Under the pieces are notes generated by a model that did not search any database, was not told where the DNA came from, and saw nothing but the letters and a program-made list of their open reading frames with translations. Made by a program: the position numbers and the translations under genes. A stretch of 64,000 bases of DNA, from contig JASTWF010000347.1 of the NCBI GenBank assembly GCA_030390025.1, positions 186,001-250,000 of the forward strand. Direction: 5' to 3'. How positions within the stretch are numbered: the first letter of the stretch is position 1; each line of letters begins with the position of its first letter. Origin of the DNA: Squalus acanthias (taxonomy: Eukaryota). Shown here piece by piece: positions 56,808-64,000 of this stretch.

Positions 56808-58835
56808 CATGAATTGCAACAATTATACATTCCTTTCTGGCGCAAAAACACAAAAGGAAAAGCGGCCCAACCATGGCTAACAAAAGAAATTAAGGACAGT
56901 ATTAGATCCAAGGAGGAGTCATATAAAGTTGCCTGAAAAAGTAGCAAGCCTGAGGATTGGGAGCAGTTTAGAGTTCAGCAAAAAAGGACCAAGAGATTGA
57001 TTAAATGGGGAAAAATAGAGTATGAGAGTAAACTTGCAAGGAACATAAAAGTGGACTGTAAAAGCTTCTACAAGTATGTAAAAAGAAAAAGATTAGTGAA
57101 GACAAATGTAGGTCCCTTGCAGTTTGAAAGGGAGAATTTGTAATGGGGAACAAGAAAATGGTAGAGCAATTAAACAAATACTTTGGTTCAGTCTTCACGG
57201 AAAAGGACACAAATAACTTCCCAGAAATGCGAGGGAACCAAAGATCTAGTGAGAAGGAGGAATTAAAGGAAATTAGTATTAGTAAAAAAATAATGCTGGA
57301 GAAATTAATGGGACTGAAAGCTGATAAATCCCCAGGGCCTGATAATCTGCATCCCAGAGTACTAAAAGAGGTAGCCATGGAAATAGTGGATGCATTGGTT
57401 GTCATCTTCCAAAATTCTATAGATTATGGAACAGTTCTGGCAGATTGGAGGGTGGCAAATGTAACCCCACTATTTAAAAAAGGAGGGAGAGAGAAAACCA
57501 GGAACTACAGGCCGGTTAGCCAAACATCAGTAGTAGGGAAAATGCTAGAGTCTATTATTAAGGATGTGATAACAGGACACTTAGAAAATATCAATGGGAT
57601 TAGAAAAAAGTCAACATGGATTTATGAAAGGGAAATCATGTTTGACAAACCTACTGGAGTTTTTTGAGGATGTAACTGGTAGAATAGATAAGGGAGAACC
57701 AGTGGATGTAGTGTATTTGGATTTTCAGAAGGCCTTTGATAAAGTCCCACATAAGACGTTAGTGTGCAAAATTAAAGCACATGGGATTGGGGATAATATA
57801 CTAGCATGGATTGAAAATCCACAGACAGGAAACAGAGAGTAGGAATAAATGGGTCTTTTTCGGGGTGGCAGGCGGTGACTAGTGGGGTACCGCAGGGATC
57901 AGTGCTTGGGCCTCAGCTATTCACAATATATATCAATGATTTGGATGAGGGAACCAAATGTAATATTTCCAAGTTTGCTGACGACGCGAACTTAGATGGG
58001 ATTGTGAGTTGTGAGGAGGATGCAAAGAGGCTTCAAGGCGATTTAGACAAGTTGAGTGAGTGGGCAAATACATGGCAGATGCAGCATAATGTGGATAAAT
58101 GTGAAGTTATCCACTTTGGTAGGAAAAACAGAAAGGTAGAGTATTATTTAAATGGTGATAGATTGGGAAATGCTGATGTACAAAGGGACCTGGGTGTCCT
58201 TGTACACCAGTCACTGAAAGCAAACATGCAGGTGCAGCAAGCAGTTAGGAAGGCAAATGGTATGTTGGCCTTCATTGCAAGAGGATTTGAGTACAGGAGC
58301 AAGGATGTCTTACTACAGTTATACAGGGCCTTGGTGAGACCACACCTGGAGTACTGTGTGCCGTTTTGGTCTCCTTACCTAAGGAAGGATATACTTGCCA
58401 TAGAGGGAGTGCAGCGAAGGTTCACCAGGCTGATTCCTGGGATGGCAGAACTGTCGTATGAGGAGAGATTGGGTCGACTAGGCCTGTATTCACTAGAGTT
58501 TAGAAGAATGAGAGGGGATCTCATTGAAACATATAAAATTCTGACAGGGCTAGACAGGCTGGATGCAGGGAGGATGTTTCCCCTGGCTGGGGAGTTCTAG
58601 AACAAGGGGTCAGAGTCTCAGGATACGGGGTAGGACATTTAGGACTGAGATGAGGAGAAATTTCTTCACTCAGAGGGTGGTGAACCTGTGGAATTCTCTA
58701 CCACAGAACGCTGTGGAGGCCAAGTCACTGAATATATTTAAGAAGGAGATAGATAGATTTCTAGACACAAAAGGCATCAAGGGGTATGGGGAGAGAGCGG
58801 GGATATGGTATTGAGATAGAGGATCAGCCATGATC
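56808..58835 (+). mobile_element. CR1 LINE ORF2 (RT), frameshifted, 3' tail missing
   Basis: ORFs 57143..57667, 57594..57842, 57875..58600, 58563..58814. Confidence 0.92.
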
Positions 58836-61800
58836 GCAGGGAGGTTTGCTAGTGCTGTTGGGCAGGATTTAAACTAGTTTGTCAGGGGGCTGGGAACCTA
58901 AGTGTGGGCCCAGAATGGAGAGAAACAAAGCAGGAAGTGAAAGTTAGAAAAGTAATCAGCAAAACTAGTAGGGAGCAGAAACAAAGGCCAACAGTAAAGA
59001 GGGTCAAAGTGCAGAAAAATATTAAACAGGCAAAGTTGAAGGCACTTTATCTAAATGCACGTAGCATTCGCAACAAGGTGGATGAATTAATGGCACAAAT
59101 AGAAGTAAATGGGTATGATGTAATTGCCATTACAGAGACATGGTTGCAGGGTAACCAAGGCTGGGAACTGAATGTTCCAGGGTACTCAACATTTAGGAAG
59201 GACAGACAGAAAGGAAAAGGAGATGGCATAGCGCTGTTAATAAGGGATGAGATCGGTACGGTAGAGATAAAAGATCTTGGCTTGGCAGATCGTGATGTAG
59301 AACTGGAATCAGTTTGGGTGGAGCTAAGAAACAGCAAAGGGCGGAAAACATTGGTGGGAGTTCTGTATAGGCCACCAAACAGTAATGGTAATGTAGGGCA
59401 CAGTATCAATCAAGAAATTAGAAGTGCATGTAACAAGGGCAATACAGTAATCATGGGGGACTTTAATCTACATATTGACTGGGCAAATCAAATTACCACT
59501 AATGGTGTGGAGGACGAATTCTTGGAATGCATGTGAGATGGTTTCCTGGATCAGTATGTGGAGCAACCAACCAGGGAACAGGCTATTCTGGATCTGGTAC
59601 TGTGTAATGAGAAAGGGCTAATCAATAATCTTGTGGTAAAGGGGCCTTTAGAGACAAGTGACCATAATATGATTAAATTTTACATTAAGTTTGAGAATGA
59701 TGTAGTCCAATCTGCAACTAAGGTCTTCAATCTAAACAGTGGAAACTACAAGGGTATGAGGGACAAGTTGGCCATGGTAGATTGGGAGACTACACTAAAA
59801 GGTATGAAGGTGGACATACAATGGCTAACATTCAAGGAAATAATGCATAATTTGCAACAAACATATATTCCTCTAGGGCATAAAAACCCAAAAGGAAAAG
59901 TGATCCAACCATGGCTAACTAAAGAAATTAAAGCTAGTATTAAGTCAAAGGAGGAAGCTTATAAAGTTGCCAGAAAAAGTGGTCAGCCTGAGGATTGGGA
60001 TCTTTTTAGAAATCAGCAAAGGGGGACCAAGAAATTGATAAAGAAAGGGAAAATGGAATATGAGCACAAACTAGTGAAATATAAAAACGGATTGTAAAAG
60101 CTTCTATAGGTATGTGAAAAAGAAAAGACTGGCGAAGGTAAATGTAGGTCCTTTACAGTCAGAGACGGGAGAATTTATAATGGGGAATGAGGAAATGGCT
60201 GAGAAATTAAATAAATACTTTGTTTCTGTCTTCACGGAGGAAGACACAAAAAACCTCCCAGAAATACAAGAAAACCAATGGTGTGGCGAGGAATGAGGAA
60301 CTTAAAGAAATTATTGTTATTTAAAAAATCAGTACTAGCAAAATTAATGGGACTAAAAGTCAATAAATCCCAAGGACCGGATGACCTACATCCTAGGGTT
60401 TTGAAAGAAGTGGCCATTGGAATAGTGGACGCATTGGTTGTCATCTTCCAAAATTCTATAGATTCTGGAACGGTTCCTGCAGATTGGAGGATAGCAAATG
60501 TAACCCTGCTATTTAAGAAAGGAGGGAGAGAGAAAACGGGGAACTACAGACCTATTAGCCTCACATCAGTAGTTGGGAAAATGCTGGAATCTATTATAAA
60601 GGATGCAATAACTGGGCACTTAGAAACTGATAGTAAGATTGGGCAGAGTCAACATGGATTTATGAAAGGGAAATCCTGTTTGACAAACCTATTGGAGTTC
60701 TTTGAGGATGTGACTAGTGGAGTAGACAAAGGGGAACCGGTAGATGTGGTGTATCTGGATTTTCAGAAGGCCTTCGATAAGGTCCCACACAAGAGGTTGG
60801 TGAACAAAATTAGGGCACATGGAATTGGGGGTAATATACTAGCATGGATTGAGAATTGGTTAACAGACAGAAAATAAAGAGTAGGGATAAACGGGTCTTT
60901 TTCAGGATGGCAGGCTGTGACTAGTGGGGTACTGCAAGGATCGGTGCTTGGGCCCCAGCTATTCACAATCTATATCAATGATTTGGATGGGGGGACTAAA
61001 TGTAACATTTCCAAATTTGCTGATGACACAAAGCTAGGTGGCAGTGTCAATTGCGAAGAGGATGTGAAGAGGCTTCAAGGGGATCTCGACAGGCTCAGTG
61101 AGTGAGCGAGAACATGGCAGATGGAATATAATGTGGATAAATGTGAAGTTATCCACTTTGGTAGAAAAAACAGAAAGGCAGAGTATTTCCTAAATGGTGA
61201 AAGATTGGGGAATGCAGATGCTCAAAGGGACCTGTGTGTCCTTGTACATGAGTTACTGAAAGTGAATGTGCAGGTGCAGCAAGCCATTGGGAAGGCAAAT
61301 GGTATGCTGGCCTTCATTACAAGAGGATTTGAGTAAAGAAGTCTTACTCCAATTATATAGGGCCTTGGTGAGACCACACCTGGAGTACTGTGTACAATTT
61401 TGGTCTCCTTACCTAAGGAAGGATATACTTGCCATAGAGGAAGTGCAACAAAGGTTCACAAGATTGATTCCTGGGATGGCGGGACTGTCGTATGAGAAGA
61501 GATTGAGTAAACTAGGCCTGTATTCTCTTGAATTCAGAAGAATGAGAGGGGATCTCATTGAAGCATACAAAATTATTACAGGGCTTGATAGGGTGGATGC
61601 TGGGAGAATGTTTCCCTTGGCTGGGGAGTCTAGAACCAGGGGCCACAGCCTCAGGATAAAGGGTAGGCCATTCAGGACTGAGATGGGAAGCAATTTCTTC
61701 ATACAGAGGGTGGTGAATCTTTGGAATTCTCTACCCCAGAGGGCTGTGGAGGCTCAGTCATTGGGTATATTCAAAACAGAAGTCAATAGATTTCTGACTA

Positions 61801-61936
61801 GTAAGTGCATCAAGGGATATGGCGATAGGGCCGGTGAATGGAGTTGAGGTAGAAGTTCAGTCATGATCTCATTGAATGGCGGAGCAGGCTCGAAGGGCCG
61901 AATGGCCCACTCCTGCTCCTATTTCTTATGTTCTTA
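58836..61936 (+). mobile_element. CR1 LINE spanning all of ORF2, with stops and frameshifts
   Basis: ORFs from 58904..59536 (YLNARSIRNK, ETWL, GDFN) to 61266..61847; ttcttatgttcttat tail. Confidence 0.95.
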
Positions 61937-62244
61937 TAAGGGAGATGGGTCTGTGGGGTCTGTCCCCAGGAACCCTGGTCTGTTACAGGATAAGGGAGAT
62001 GGGTCTGTGGGGTCTGTCCTCAGGAACCCTGGTCTGTTACAGGATAAGGGAGATGGGTCTGTGGGGTCTGTCCCCAGGAACCCTGGTCTGTTACAGGATA
62101 AGGGAGATGGGTCTGTGCGGTCTGTCCCCAGGAACCCTGGTCTGTTACAGGATAAGGGAGATGGGTCTGTCCCCAGGAACCCTGGCCTGTTACAGGATAA
62201 GGGAGATGGGTCTGTCCCCAGGAACCCTGGTCTGTTACAGGATA
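61936..62244. repeat. 54/45-bp minisatellite, 6 copies
   Basis: ataagggagatgggtctgtggggtctgtccccaggaaccctggtctgttacagg. Confidence 0.93.
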
Positions 62245-62249
62245 ATACA

Positions 62250-62678
62250 TTTTTCAAACACGATTTCCCTTTCATAAAACCATGTTGACTCTGCCTAATC
62301 ATATTATCATTTTCTAAGTGCCCATTTCCACTTCCTTAATAATGGATTCCAGCATTTTCCCGAGGACTGATGTCAGGCTAACTGGCCTGTAGATCCCTGT
62401 TTTCTCTCTCCCTCCTTTCTTGAATAGCGGTGTTACATTTGCTACCTTCCAATCCACGAGGACCTTTCCAGAATCTGGGGAATTTTGGAAGATCACAACC
62501 AATGAATCAACTATCTCTGCAGCCACCTCTTTTAGAACCCTCGGATGTCGGCCGTCAGGTCCAGGGGATTTGTCGGCTTTTAGTCCCGTTAATTTCTCAA
62601 GTACATTTTCTCACTGATATGAATTACTTTAAGTTCCTCACTCTCATTAGCCCCTTGGTTCTCCACTATTTCTGGTAT
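62250..62678 (-). mobile_element. CR1 ORF2 internal fragment
   Basis: ORF 62314..62526 ([14 protein letters not shown]); SQHGFMKGKSC. Confidence 0.85.
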
Positions 62679-62756
62679 CTCAACCTTCTCCAGTGTAGCT
62701 CACGCGGCTCCAGCTCGCGCAGCCTAAGCCCGGGCTGTCCGCAGTGCGGCCGCAAC

Positions 62757-62891
62757 ATGCCCGTAGACTTGTACGAGTGGTCGGGACCTCTCGTCCTGAC
62801 CGAGGTGGACGAGAAGCCTGTGCAGCCTCTCCATGTCAAGTATGACAACGTGGACATAGATGTGCTGGGTAAAGTGCTGAGCCCGGCCCAG
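62757..62891 (+). pseudogene. PEBP1: Isolated PEBP1/RKIP N-terminal coding segment (45 codons) ending at a donor-like site; gene fragment or first exon
   Basis: [45 protein letters not shown](V) resembles the vertebrate PEBP1 N-terminus recalled as [27 protein letters not shown]...LGKVLTPTQV; followed by cag|gtactg. Confidence 0.8.
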
Positions 62892-62971
62892 GTACTGACT
62901 GCAGCTGAGAGCTGAACACACAGGAACCGCTCCAGTGCCTGGAGCCAGCAACAAGAGGCAACAAAAGCAAG

Positions 62972-63587
62972 GAAGGCACAGAGTACAAAAGCAAGGAAGT
63001 TATGATGAACCTTCATAAAACACTGGTTCGGCCTCAACTGGAGTATTGTGTCCAATTCTGGGCACCGCACTTTAGGAAGGATGTGAAGGCCTTAGAGGGG
63101 GTGCAGAAAAGATTTACAAGAATGATTCCAGGGATGAGGGACTTTAGTTACGTGGATAGACTGGAGAAGCTGGGGTTGTTCTCCTTAGAGCAGAGAAGGA
63201 TGAGAGGAGATTTGATAGAGGTGTTCAAAATCCTGAGGGGTCCGGACAGAGTAGATAGAGAGAAACTGTTCCTATTGGCGGAAAGGTCGAGAACCAGAGG
63301 ACACAGATTTAAGGTGATTGGCAGAAGAACCAAAGGCGACATGAGGAAAAACTTTTTTACGCAGCGAGTGGTTAGGATCTGGAATGCACTGCCTGAAAGG
63401 GTGGTGGAGGCAGATTCAATCACGGCTTTCAAAAGGGAGTTGGATAAGTATCTGAAGGAAAAACATTTGCAGGGCTACGGGGAAAGGGCGGGGGAGTGGG
63501 ACTAGCTGAAGTGATCTTGCAGAGAGCCGGCACGGGCTCGACGGGCTGAATGGCCTCCTTCTGTGCTGTAACCATTCTATGATTCTA
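62972..63587 (+). mobile_element. CR1 3' end, near-identical to 545-1158
   Basis: ORF 63002..63505; attctatgattcta tail. Confidence 0.93.
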
Positions 63588-64000
63588 AGCTTATATTGTG
63601 GTTAATAACAGACAAACCCTGTTCTTTCCCCTGATCTGATTACAGTTTCCAACCAGTCGATTCAGTGAATGGAATGTCTTATCAGTGTTGCCATGGTGAC
63701 CTGTCTGCAGTGAATCGCCTGTTTGAGTTTCTAACTCAGACTAAACTTCTCTTTCCCATAATACACATTATATCAGACATTTGATCTCAATGTATTTCAG
63801 CCATGTTATGTTAATATCTCTATAATCTACAGGGAGATCAGATACACAAATCTTTAAAAGTTGGAGGACAAGTTTATAAAGTGGTTTAAAAATGTTACCC
63901 GAGGTTTTTTATAAATGGGGCGTAGAAAACAAAACCATCGGTTCGGCTGCAGTTAGAATAAGTTTTGGGCATCTTACACTAGGAAGGATGTCGGGGCCAC

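Overview
Repeat-dense vertebrate genomic window, most likely from a shark or other cartilaginous fish (inferred from CR1/L2 LINE, Deu-type SINE and Penelope repeat types; no database search was run). It contains a cluster of ten paralogous C2H2 (Kruppel-type) zinc-finger cassettes, here ZNF1-10, on both strands; one is a decayed pseudogene and one is truncated. They lie among many CR1 copies, L2, a second jockey-group LINE lineage, tRNA/Deu SINEs, Penelope remnants with hammerhead-like motifs, a solo LTR, about ten unrelated minisatellites, a 500-N gap and an isolated PEBP1 exon-1 fragment. The cassettes share one design: CpG promoter, splice acceptor, near-constant leader of stop-interrupted fossil fingers, variable intact finger array, constant 3' UTR. 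No KRAB/SCAN/BTB exon is visible. Main observations: (1) in eight cassettes all stops and frameshifts lie upstream of one codon, acc-ATG-g or acc-ACG-g, suggesting a start codon created by CpG deamination and possibly ACG initiation; (2) a palindromic promoter with 153-bp inverted arms, each carrying an outward-facing splice donor, which could drive head-to-head ZNF pairs; (3) promoters, arrays and 3' flanks appear shuffled between paralogs. Repeat boundaries are read by eye and are approximate.
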